Source: Microcystis aeruginosa NIES-843
Lineage (GTDB): Bacteria; Cyanobacteriota; Cyanobacteriia; Cyanobacteriales; Microcystaceae
DNA: 32,000 bases
Direction: 5' to 3'
NCBI RefSeq assembly: GCF_000010625.1
Contig: NC_010296.1
Span: forward strand, 630,001-662,000
How positions within the stretch are numbered: the first letter of the stretch is position 1; every line of letters begins with the position of its first letter. Under the pieces are notes generated by a model. The model did no database searches. It was not told where the DNA came from and saw only the letters and a program-made list of their open reading frames with translations. Position numbers and translations under genes: made by a program. Below are positions 16,410 through 24,230 of the stretch, piece by piece.

Positions 16410-17996
16410 CTATCCATTAGTCACATCTTTCTTAACATAAAATTTGACAAAAAGAGAAAAGTGTGCCAGATGGCTCAAGGGGGTTCTATAGGGGGACTAA
16501 TTTGATGAGATAGTTTCCAAGTCTGGCTGATATCATGTAACCTTCGCAGTCCCAACCAAATAGTTTTAACACCAGGTTCACCGTCACCTTTTCTACCTAA
16601 AAACCCCCCAAGAGAAGCAATCATTCTGACCGCTTCTCGAAAGGAGGGCGGCTTTTCAGGTGGCGGACTCTTTTTATGAATAGTGGCACACAAAGATTGC
16701 CATTCATGTTCTTCCAAAAAACTTTCACAACTCTCCTCTCCGTGTAAGCGTGCTTGATAGGTTAACCAAAGTAATCTCCAAGCTACAATTGAATAGGTAG
16801 CTAAGGCCATCTCAATTCTCCTACCCGTTTCTAATTGCAGTTTTTCTAATCCACAACCACTTTTTAAAACAAAATGATAGCGTTCTATTAACCAGCGATA
16901 ACTATACCAGCGCACACAGGTTATCGCTGATTCAAAGCTACTAATGTCTAGGCTAGTTAAGAGCAGCCAACTGATAGGATTAACTCCGCTATGCGGATTT
17001 TCTTCTTCAGCTAAAATTACCTGTAATTTGACCGGTTGACGAGGGGTCGCCTTGGAGTGATGGCTAGGTACTTGTATTTCAAAACTGGCAAATCTAACTG
17101 TTAGTTTAGCTAGTCTAGCCTCGTGATTAGGATTGCGTTTTACTTGCACATCTAAGGTCCCACAGGCTTTTATTTCTCTGATGGATTGATGTAAATATTT
17201 AGGCTCTGAATGCCCTGACCTTTGCTTGTCTTCGAGATAGTTAACTTTTCGGTTATGAGTTCCTCGAATTAATAAATGAGAGTTAGGACTTCTTGATTGG
17301 GCAAATAAATCAAATATGTCTGCCTCACAATCTCCGATTGTTACTACTTGAATATCTTCGGGTATCTGTTGTTGTGTTTCTGACAAAGAATCTAACCATC
17401 TTTGACTTTCTTTTTCTTGGGTTTCTCTTTTTTTGCGTTGCTTGGCAATCCCTAAATTCTTTTCTTCTCTTGCCCAGACATATTGATTAATCAGTCCTAA
17501 AGGTATTCCGACTGGGGACACTCCTAAGGTGGTATGAACTTTGAGACCAAAGGATTTTTTATAATCTAGATAACCCATGCCTTTTTTGGCTTTTTGCGTC
17601 GTAAAGTCTAAACTTGTTGTGTCTTGCACTGCCAAAACTATTGGATGTTCTTTGATTCTTTCTACTGTACTTTTGGCCTGGGCGGCAATTATATCTGAGG
17701 GGTGAAAATAGGGGGAATTCCAAAAGTCGTAGGTGGCACTCGCTGCGGCTAGATTTCCTGAAGCTTGTGGCACACTTGTACTAGGTTGACTGGCCAAGTT
17801 TTCCACGATACTGATTAACCTTTTCTTTCTTCTGGTGTCCCCTAGGTCTGCATACTGTAATTCTTGGGCTGCCCATTTCTCCATTTTTTTGCTTACCTCC
17901 ACCTTAATTCCTTCTTTCAAAACTATACCTATCAATCGTTTCCCCTTTTTTTAAGTTTCTTCTCTTTTTGTTAAGAAAGATCCGACTAATGGATAG
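16410..17996 (-). mobile_element. IS4-family (Tn5/IS50-like) insertion sequence, apparently intact
   Basis: ~31-bp inverted repeats 'ctatccattagtcacatctttcttaacataaa' and the reverse complement of 'ctatccattagtcggatctttcttaacaaaaa'. Perfect 9-bp direct repeat 'cttgataag' (16401..16409 and 17997..18005). Confidence 0.85.
16475..17884 (-). CDS. IS4-family transposase (Tn5-like N-terminal domain)
   Basis: The start is at 17884 ('MEKWAAQELQYADLGDTRRKKRLISIV..LAVQDTTSLDF'), preceded by a GGAGG Shine-Dalgarno sequence. It resembles the Tn5 Tnp N-terminus and its first catalytic Asp region. Confidence 0.85.
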   Translation of the reverse strand: MEKWAAQELQYADLGDTRRKKRLISIVENLASQPSTSVPQASGNLAAASATYDFWNSPYFHPSDIIAAQAKSTVERIKEHPIVLAVQDTTSLDFTTQKAKKGMGYLDYKKSFGLKVHTTLGVSPVGIPLGLINQYVWAREEKNLGIAKQRKKRETQEKESQRWLDSLSETQQQIPEDIQVVTIGDCEADIFDLFAQSRSPNSHLLIRGTHNRKVNYLEDKQRSGHSEPKYLHQSIREIKACGTLDVQVKRNPNHEARLAKLTVRFASFEIQVPSHHSKATPRQPVKLQVILAEEENPHSGVNPISWLLLTSLDISSFESAITCVRWYSYRWLIERYHFVLKSGCGLEKLQLETGRRIEMALATYSIVAWRLLWLTYQARLHGEESCESFLEEHEWQSLCATIHKKSPPPEKPPSFREAVRMIASLGGFLGRKGDGEPGVKTIWLGLRRLHDISQTWKLSHQISPPIEPP

Positions 17997-18120
17997 CTTG
18001 ATAAGGGGGGTGCCGATAGGCGGGGGGATCCCCCTTAATAAGGGGGGTGCCGATCCCCCCTGCCCCCCTTGATAAGGGGGGTGCCGATAGGCGGGGGGAT
18101 CCCCCTTGATAAGGGGGGTG
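17997..18120. repeat. C6/G6 hairpin repeat array (two ~71-bp units once 16385..16409 is joined)
   Basis: Unit: 'gatcccccctgccccccttgataaggggggtgccgataggcggggggatccccctt(a/g)ataaggggggtg'. Degenerate partial copies lie at 20271..20300 and 22369..22385. Confidence 0.75.
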
Positions 18121-18149
18121 TCTGACAACTTTTAACGCCTACCTACTTA

Positions 18150-18362
18150 GGGCTTGCTGAATAAATCTAAAAACCTTGTTGGGTAAGACTTTTAGACCTT
18201 TTGTCAATCAAAAAGTAATGGATATGGGAGTGATCGGGGGGAAATTTAGGCACTTTTTCCCTGAAAATTAGGTAATTGGCCACCTCAAAACTGGTAAAAC
18301 CCCACACCCCACACCCCACACCCCACACCCTGCCCCCAGGAAAAACTTTTTGCCGCAAACCC
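18150..18362 (-). mobile_element. MITE (same family as 8937..9127, opposite orientation) with a (CCCCACA)n tract
   Basis: Ends are 'gggcttgctgaataaatctaaaaacc' and the reverse complement of 'gggtttgcggcaaaaag'. 6-bp direct repeat 'tactta' (18144..18149 and 18363..18368). Confidence 0.7.
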
Positions 18363-18582
18363 TACTTAAACATCGATCGCTCTAATAATTATAGTGTATG
18401 CCAATTTTACCGATCGCTCCCCGCACCCCAGAAAAGCGCACCACTTCGCCGCTCTCTTGGGAGATCGCCCTAAATCCCCAATCGAGTAATCAATAGCTAG
18501 ATGAAGCATAAAAAATATAAATAACAAAAACCTTGACAAAATCGGGGGGGGGTGGTAAAATTCGTGGGAATTTAGCTAAACA

Positions 18583-19155
18583 ATGTATTCTATGCCACTT
18601 AAAAGTTCCTTTTGCTATTCCGTCGCCCTCGCCACGGTAGCCACCGCCACCCTCGCACCAGTTGCCAGCGCCGCAACTTTTAACTTTTCCTACACCTCCA
18701 GCGCAGGAACCATCACTGCGACGGTTGACGGAACCCTGCAACCAGATAACAACACGGTATTCGTCAGTTCTATCAGTAATACCACCTTTAACGGCTCTCC
18801 CGCCCCCGCTCTTCCGTTCGTAGGTTCTTTTGCCGGTGTCATCTCTAGTGGTTCTGTAACGGGTCAGGCGGTGCTATCCTTAGACGGATCGGGACTAGAT
18901 TTTGCCGCTTGTGACACGACGTTGTGTAATAATAATGGATTCGGCTTTTTAGCCAGCACGTTCGCTTCCATCGGTGGCTACGGTAGTCTTAGTGCTGGCG
19001 AACGCTTCGTTATCACCAATTATTCCCTGACCCCGGTTCCCGAACCAGCGACGGTTCTCGGTTTACTCTCTGTTGCCGGGGTGGGTTTATTGTGCAAAGG
19101 CCGGAAACTATACTTTGCACGGCTACAACTTGCATTTTTTACTCAAGGACAATAA
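18583..19155 (+). CDS. PEP-CTERM sorting-signal protein, 3' end altered by IS630 insertion
   Basis: Signal peptide, Ser/Thr/Gly-rich body, then 'VPEPATVLGLLSVAGVGLLCKGRK' (PEP motif + TM + basic cluster). The last 14 codons are read from the IS. Confidence 0.65.
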   Translation: MYSMPLKSSFCYSVALATVATATLAPVASAATFNFSYTSSAGTITATVDGTLQPDNNTVFVSSISNTTFNGSPAPALPFVGSFAGVISSGSVTGQAVLSLDGSGLDFAACDTTLCNNNGFGFLASTFASIGGYGSLSAGERFVITNYSLTPVPEPATVLGLLSVAGVGLLCKGRKLYFARLQLAFFTQGQ

Positions 19156-20248
19156 TATAGTTTAAGAGTCATAATTAGAAGCAAAGCACTCATTAAAAAC
19201 ATGATTAACCTAGAATTCACGGAAGAAGAAAAGAACTCACTGTATTATGAAAGATTTCATCATCCCCATCCCCGGGTTCAACTGAAGATGGAAGTTCTCT
19301 GGTTAAAAAGCCAAAAGATACCGCACCAAAAAATTTGTCAGTTAGCAGGAATCTCGCCAAATACCTTATTAACCTATCTTCGAGATTATCAAGAGGGCGG
19401 AATAGAAAAATTAAAAGAAATCAACTTCTATCGCCCTAAAAGTGAATTAGAGTCTCAAAGAGAAACGCTCAAAAAATATTTCGAGAAAAATCCACCAGCC
19501 ACAATAAATGAAGCTGTATATAGAAGAGAAGAATTGACAGGAATAAAACGAAGTCCTACCCAAGTGAGAAAATTCTTAAAATCCTTGGGAATGAAATGTT
19601 TAAAAATAGGTTCTCTTCCTTCTAAAGCTGACCCAGATGAACAAGAAGAATACAAAGAAAAAAAGCTAGAACCCAGACTAAATGAGGCTAAAGAAGGAAA
19701 AAGGGCTGTTTTTTTTGTTGATGCCGCTCACTTCGTCATGGGAGCATTTCTCGGTTTTGTTTGGTGTTTTGAGAGACTTTTTGTTAAGTCACCGAGCGGG
19801 CGTAAACGCTTCAATGTTTTAGGAGCATTAAATGCAATAACTCATGAAGTTATTCTGGTTACGAATGACACTTATATTACGGCAACTCAAGTCTGTGAAC
19901 TCCGGTCAAAAATAGCTGCTTTAGGACTAATGATTCCCATCACTCTAGTCTTAGATAATGCCCGCTATCAAAAATGTCAAATTGTTGAAGAATTAGCTCT
20001 TTCTTTGTCAATAGAACTGCTCTATCTGCCGTCTTATTCACCTAATCTAAATTTAATTGAAAGGCGGTGGAAATTTGTCAAAAAGAAATGTTTATATGGT
20101 AAATATTATGAAAACTTTTCTGACTTTTCTTCAGCCATTTATGAATGTTTGAATGATGCCCATTTGAAACATAAAAAAGAACTGGATTCCTTGCTGACTC
20201 TACGATTTCAGAAGTTTAATAAATCTCAGATTATGAACGTCTAAAGTA
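19111..20248 (+). mobile_element. IS630-family insertion sequence, apparently intact
   Basis: Termini are 'tactttgcacg' and the reverse complement of 'tactttagacg'. TA flanks both sides (19109..19110 and 20249..20250). 1138 bp with one 347-aa transposase. Confidence 0.7.
19201..20244 (+). CDS. IS630-family DDE transposase
   Basis: 347 aa. N-terminal HTH region, then 'FFVDAAHF', 'LVLDNARYQK' and 'YSPNLNLIERRWKFVKK' motifs. Confidence 0.85.
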   Translation: MINLEFTEEEKNSLYYERFHHPHPRVQLKMEVLWLKSQKIPHQKICQLAGISPNTLLTYLRDYQEGGIEKLKEINFYRPKSELESQRETLKKYFEKNPPATINEAVYRREELTGIKRSPTQVRKFLKSLGMKCLKIGSLPSKADPDEQEEYKEKKLEPRLNEAKEGKRAVFFVDAAHFVMGAFLGFVWCFERLFVKSPSGRKRFNVLGALNAITHEVILVTNDTYITATQVCELRSKIAALGLMIPITLVLDNARYQKCQIVEELALSLSIELLYLPSYSPNLNLIERRWKFVKKKCLYGKYYENFSDFSSAIYECLNDAHLKHKKELDSLLTLRFQKFNKSQIMNV

Positions 20249-20308
20249 TAGAAAAGTAATTTTGACCGACTGATCCCCCTGCCCTCCTTATCAAGGTGGG
20301 GTTGACTC

Positions 20309-20450
20309 ATAAGACCTCTTGCAAAAGTCTTAAGTCGATCCTTGTACAGCAACATTTTTGAAGATTATCAACTACTAATAAATAATTAACTGAAAGTCCT
20401 TCCCATTATTGTTTCTATCGTTTGTTTTCGGATTTATGCAAGAGGTCTAT
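20309..20450. mobile_element. MITE-like element (12-bp perfect terminal inverted repeats)
   Basis: 'agacctcttgca' (20312..20323) and 'tgcaagaggtct' (20437..20448). AT-rich interior with no ORF. Confidence 0.45.
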
Positions 20451-20454
20451 AGTA

Positions 20455-22136
20455 GGGTTTGCTGAAAAAGTCATTGAAAAGTACAGGTCTCTTAATCAAT
20501 GATTTCACTTAGCTACAAGCATAAGCTTTAGTTGTTGATTAATTTTTAAGTTATAACTTATCCTAATCATTGACCGAGAAAAAGTGCTGTTTTTCCATTT
20601 CAGACATAAAAAAGCCCAAAAAACCTGCCTCAACAGGTTAGAAAGATTCATGACTAAAAAAGTAATAGCAATCGCTGAAAAGGAAGTATGAGGAAGTTTA
20701 GCCATCACTTTACCTAAGCTAAATCTTCTTTTCCCTTGTCCAAATTTGCCCTCTATACAATTCCGAATCCTCTCATCATCAGTAGCTTGTTTCTTTTGTT
20801 CTTTACTAACATTTTTGGCTGGTCTTCCTAATGGGGGACCACTGATTCTGATTCCCCTTTCTTTACACCAAGCTCGGTTTTCTCTGGTTCGATAAATTTT
20901 GTCCACATGAACTGATTCTGGATAGTATCCTGTATAGTCATAATAAGCTTCTATTTGTGCTTTTAAATCTCCCGATTCATTAAAGTTATCCCAACTAATC
21001 CGGTCTAAAAATATGTAACCATCTATACAGCTTGCTGAGAATTTGGCCCCAAATTCTACGGGTTTTCCAGCTTTTCCTCTGACTATCGGACGGATGTGGG
21101 GTTGAGTTAAGCTGACAATTCTGTCTTCAATACTCTGTTTGTTATTTTGGTACATCCAGAGTTGTTGACGATAAACTTCTGTGACTACTAACAACAGTTT
21201 ATAGTCTCTTTTTTTCAAGCTTTGTAGAGAGGCTCCTTCTGCTAAAAGTTGTTCAATATGGTCGAGATTTCTTTTCAGATATTGCAGCTGTTTTTTCAGG
21301 GCTTTTCGTCTTTGTTTGACGGTAGGTTTTCTTTTTTTCGCTACTTCTAAATAACTTTTTCTGGCTAGAAGACGATAGGTTCTCGGTTTTTGAACAAGTT
21401 TTCCTTTTAAAGTTTCCTAGAGAATATCAATAATTTTTTCGGTTTGTTTTCTTCCTTGATTTAACAGGTTTAAATCCGTAGGATAACTAATATCTGCGGG
21501 CGCACAACTGGCATCTAAAATTAATTTACCTCGATTTTCTGGTTGACTTTGGGTTTCGCTCTCTAACTTTTTTTCGGTGTTTTCTTCTTCTTTTATTTCT
21601 CTCGAATTTTTGACCATAAAGCGATTCACTTTATTAATTAGTTCCCGAGTGATTCTTTCTCGAAAGTGAACCAACATTGACGCTTCAAACCGGGGTTCAT
21701 TGCTGTAGGATGAAAACCCCAAGAAGTATTGTAAATAAGGATTTTCTTTGATTTGTTCTACCGTTTCTCTATCGCTTGTTCCTAATTTTTCTTTAATAAT
21801 TAATGCTCCTAGTGCTGTCCTAAATGTTTTGGCGGGTGCGCCCATTTCTTCTGAAAAAAGTGATGCGTATTCCGCTTCAAATTCTGACCAGGGAATGAGG
21901 TTGGCCATAATTACCCAACGATTATCTTGGGATAATTTCCCCTCAAAGGGCAGCTCGAAGTTTTCTGGTGGGGTTGAGGGTAACTCGCTTTTACGGTACA
22001 TTAGCACTAATTAGAGAAGATGCAAGGGTGATGCAAGGGTTTTAAGAGATTCTAGCAGATTTAAGTGCATTTGGGAAGCTCTCAATCAAGCTAAAAGCCC
22101 TTTCCTGTAAGGTTTTTAGATTTATTCAGCAAACCC
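20455..22136 (-). mobile_element. IS5/IS1182-family insertion sequence (autonomous-type relative of the three MITEs)
   Basis: Ends are 'gggtttgctgaaaaagtc' and the reverse complement of 'gggtttgctgaataaatctaaaaacc'. Direct repeat 'tatagta' (20448..20454 and 22137..22143). Confidence 0.75.
20505..22007 (-). pseudogene. IS5/IS1182-family transposase with a single in-frame TAG
   Basis: ORFs 21417..22007 (InsH-like N-terminal domain, 'RWVIMANLIPWSEFE..ALIIKEKLGTSDRE..NPYLQYFLG') and 20505..21218 (DDE C-terminal part) are in the same frame. My translation of 21219..21416 is open, and the only interruption is the TAG at 21417..21419. Confidence 0.75.
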
Positions 22137-22157
22137 TATAGTAGGGTTGATTCATAG

Positions 22158-22338
22158 TGGGACTTAGGCGTTTTCGGTCAGCAAAAAAGGCTCAAACCAT
22201 TACGGGACAAAGGGTTAACCTCGATTTATGATTTTCCTTGATATATCTGGGTTTCAGCGATTTTGGGCTTCTCGAAGTAAATCCCAAGCGGGGATTGGAG
22301 TTGAGGCTTTTCTCGATTTGTTTTTTGTCTAAGTCCCA
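22158..22338. mobile_element. MITE-like element (10-bp perfect terminal inverted repeats)
   Basis: 'tgggacttag' (22158..22167) and 'ctaagtccca' (22329..22338). Possible 4-bp duplication 'atag'. Sits between two copies of 'tagtagggttgattcat'. Confidence 0.45.
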
Positions 22339-22340
22339 AT

Positions 22341-22370
22341 AGTAGGGTTGATTCATGAATCAACCCTACT
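22341..22370. repeat. 30-bp perfect palindrome
   Basis: 'agtagggttgattca|tgaatcaaccctact', related to the palindrome at 7815..7842. Confidence 0.8.
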
Positions 22371-22410
22371 TATCAAGGGGGGTGTCTGACAACTTTTAAC
22401 ACCTACCTAC

Positions 22411-22818
22411 TTAACTAAAGGGATTAACGATCATCAATTGATTCTCGATTCGCTGACCATCTTGTAAATCTTCACTGTAGAGAATTTGACAGCCCGCTTC
22501 CAGAGCGCTGGCCAGTATTAAACTATCAAAGTAACTATATTGATAACGTTCCGCTAGATTCAATGCCATCTCTATCGTATTAACAGAAACGAGGACGATT
22601 GGGAATCCCTCGGAAAGCTCTTGTACAGCGTCTCGAATTTGCGAATAGCTTAGGGAAAATTTCCGTTTTAATACATTTATCGTTTCATTTAAAACCTGTG
22701 TACTAATCCAAGCCTCACCCGATCGAACACAATCAATCGCTCGCTGTCGTTTATCCGGCTCATCCTCAGAATACGCGTAAATTAAGACATTAGTATCGAT
22801 AAAAACTTTATCGGGCAT
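22411..22818 (-). CDS. vapC: PIN-domain toxin (VapC-like)
   Basis: 135 aa. 'VFIDTNVLIYAY' (first acidic residue), 'TQVLNE' and a 'FDSLILASA' motif. Overlaps the upstream small ORF. Confidence 0.75.
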   Translation of the reverse strand: MPDKVFIDTNVLIYAYSEDEPDKRQRAIDCVRSGEAWISTQVLNETINVLKRKFSLSYSQIRDAVQELSEGFPIVLVSVNTIEMALNLAERYQYSYFDSLILASALEAGCQILYSEDLQDGQRIENQLMIVNPFS

Positions 22819-23029
22819 TAGCCTCGTCCCGATCGAATCTAAATCCCCGTGTATTTAAAGAAATCGCCTCGAACATCGTTTTTTCAGTTTTCTGGCTCGG
22901 ATCGGGGACGATTTCCGAGTCATCCAAAACAATCACCCGCATCATCTTACCTTCCCATCGAGAAGAATATCGGGGGGGAACGCTCACCTGACCGTTATGA
23001 ATAACCGTCCTAAATTCGATCGCTTCCAT
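22808..23029 (-). CDS. Putative VapB-type antitoxin
   Basis: Small ORF (start taken at 'MEAIEF', 23029) overlapping vapC by 11 nt. The assignment rests on position only. Confidence 0.5.
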   Translation of the reverse strand: MEAIEFRTVIHNGQVSVPPRYSSRWEGKMMRVIVLDDSEIVPDPSQKTEKTMFEAISLNTRGFRFDRDEANAR

Positions 23030-23143
23030 ACATAGCTCCAATTAAACCCTATCTCTACTTTAGCTCTAGAGTCAAGCTATCATAGCTCGGACGTATTTTA
23101 GAAACTAGAATAAGGTTAAAAATCGCTTGCAGGGTTTAAGGTG

Positions 23144-23311
23144 ATGGACGAAAAAGAAACAGGACTAAATGAACGGGAACTAGAGGAAATTCTGAAAATG
23201 GCACGGGATGCGGCGGAAAAAGCCCGATCGATGTGCGAGGTAATTACAGAAAATTCAAAAAAATGGCGAGAAAGAGCGAAACAATCGCCGCAAGTGAGAT
23301 CGGGTGGCTGA
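23144..23311 (+). CDS. Possible 55-aa charged helical protein (not in track)
   Basis: Hand translation gives 'MDEKETGLNERELEEILKMARDAAEKARSMCEVITENSKKWRERAKQSPQVRSGG'. There is no homology evidence. Confidence 0.15.
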   Translation: MDEKETGLNERELEEILKMARDAAEKARSMCEVITENSKKWRERAKQSPQVRSGG

Positions 23312-23395
23312 AGTAACCGAACCGATATTTATGGGGAATAGTCGGGGGTTCGATCGATACGATAAACTAAACGATATCCACTCCAGAAAACCGCG

Positions 23396-23677
23396 ATGGT
23401 TCAAGCGACCGAATATCTCTATATCGTTCGAGACGACGAGATTTTACACGGGGAACCAATTATCAAAGGAACGCGTACACCCGTCCGCGCCATCGTCGAA
23501 ACTTGGCGTCTGGGGGTCGCTCCCGAAGAAATACCCCTAGGAATGCCCCATCTGACGTTAAGTCAGATTTTCAGTGCGTTGACCTATTACAGCGACCATC
23601 TAGAGGAAATTAACGCTTATATCGAGCATAACCGCGTTCCCGACGACTTAATCGATCCGCTGCTAAAAAATTCGTGA
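23396..23677 (+). CDS. DUF433-domain protein (putative antitoxin)
   Basis: 'IVRDDEILHGEPIIKGTRTPVRAIVE....G..PEEI....PHLTLSQIFSALTYY' fits the DUF433 pattern. Its stop overlaps the next start (GTGA). Confidence 0.7.
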   Translation: MVQATEYLYIVRDDEILHGEPIIKGTRTPVRAIVETWRLGVAPEEIPLGMPHLTLSQIFSALTYYSDHLEEINAYIEHNRVPDDLIDPLLKNS

Positions 23678-24021
23678 ATAATCTCTTTATCCGTCTCTAT
23701 CTAGATGAAGATGTTAACGTTTTAATCGCCGAGTTGTTGAGAGCGAGGGGGTTTGACGCGATTACTGCGAGGGATGCGGGACAACTTAACGCCACAGATA
23801 AAGCACAACTCGCTCACGCGGTGAGTCAGGGGAGAACCTTAGTCACTCACAACCGAACCGATTTTGAAGAACTGGTTCGCGATTACTTCGATGCCAATCG
23901 AACCCATTACGGGGTGATTTTCGCCGTCCGTCGCCCTCCGCGAGAGATCGCAACCCGTTTACTGGTTATTCTTGATCGAGTGACTGCGGACGAAATGCGA
24001 AACCAAGTTCGATATATTTAA
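23674..24021 (+). CDS. DUF5615-like (PIN-like/Mut7-C-like) protein, putative toxin
   Basis: 115 aa, 'IRLYLDEDVNVLIAELLRARGFDAITARDAG..D...L..A...GRTLVTHNRTDF'. It is the usual partner of DUF433. GTG start. Confidence 0.65.
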   Translation: MNNLFIRLYLDEDVNVLIAELLRARGFDAITARDAGQLNATDKAQLAHAVSQGRTLVTHNRTDFEELVRDYFDANRTHYGVIFAVRRPPREIATRLLVILDRVTADEMRNQVRYI

Positions 24022-24230
24022 TCGCCAAGAAAAATCGCCGTGACCCATTTTTAGGTTCTAGAATGGTCGGAAGTTGGATTCGGTGTAAAGGAACCCTTGT
24101 CACATCGAAACATTTCCTTAAGATATAAGACCGAAGGTCCAGTCTGGATACAAAATTGATATACCTAGAATCGCTACTCTGGCTCACCCTCTAGGCCATT
24201 CCCTTCCAGACTGCTAGGCTATTAGACAAG

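Noticed and set aside
17997-18120. Possible CRISPR array, given regularly recurring GC-rich palindromic repeats
   Set aside because: The units are contiguous with no unique spacers. There are only about two units, no cas genes and no leader. It behaves as a structured tandem repeat.
17904-18741. ORFs 17904..18128(-), 18167..18358(-), 18276..18473(+) and 18490..18741(-), with Pro/Gly-rich or His/Pro-rich translations
   Set aside because: They are read through the hairpin array, the MITE's (CCCCACA)n tract, or antisense to the PEP-CTERM gene start. They are low-complexity artefacts.
23304-23540. 78-aa ORF overlapping the DUF433 gene
   Set aside because: It is an alternate frame of a gene with a recognisable family signature.
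24100-24230. Possible NtcA site (GTA-N8-TAC) upstream of glsF near 'gatacaaaattgatatacctagaat'
   Set aside because: No exact GTA-N8-TAC spacing exists when counted, and only a -10-like TAGAAT is present.
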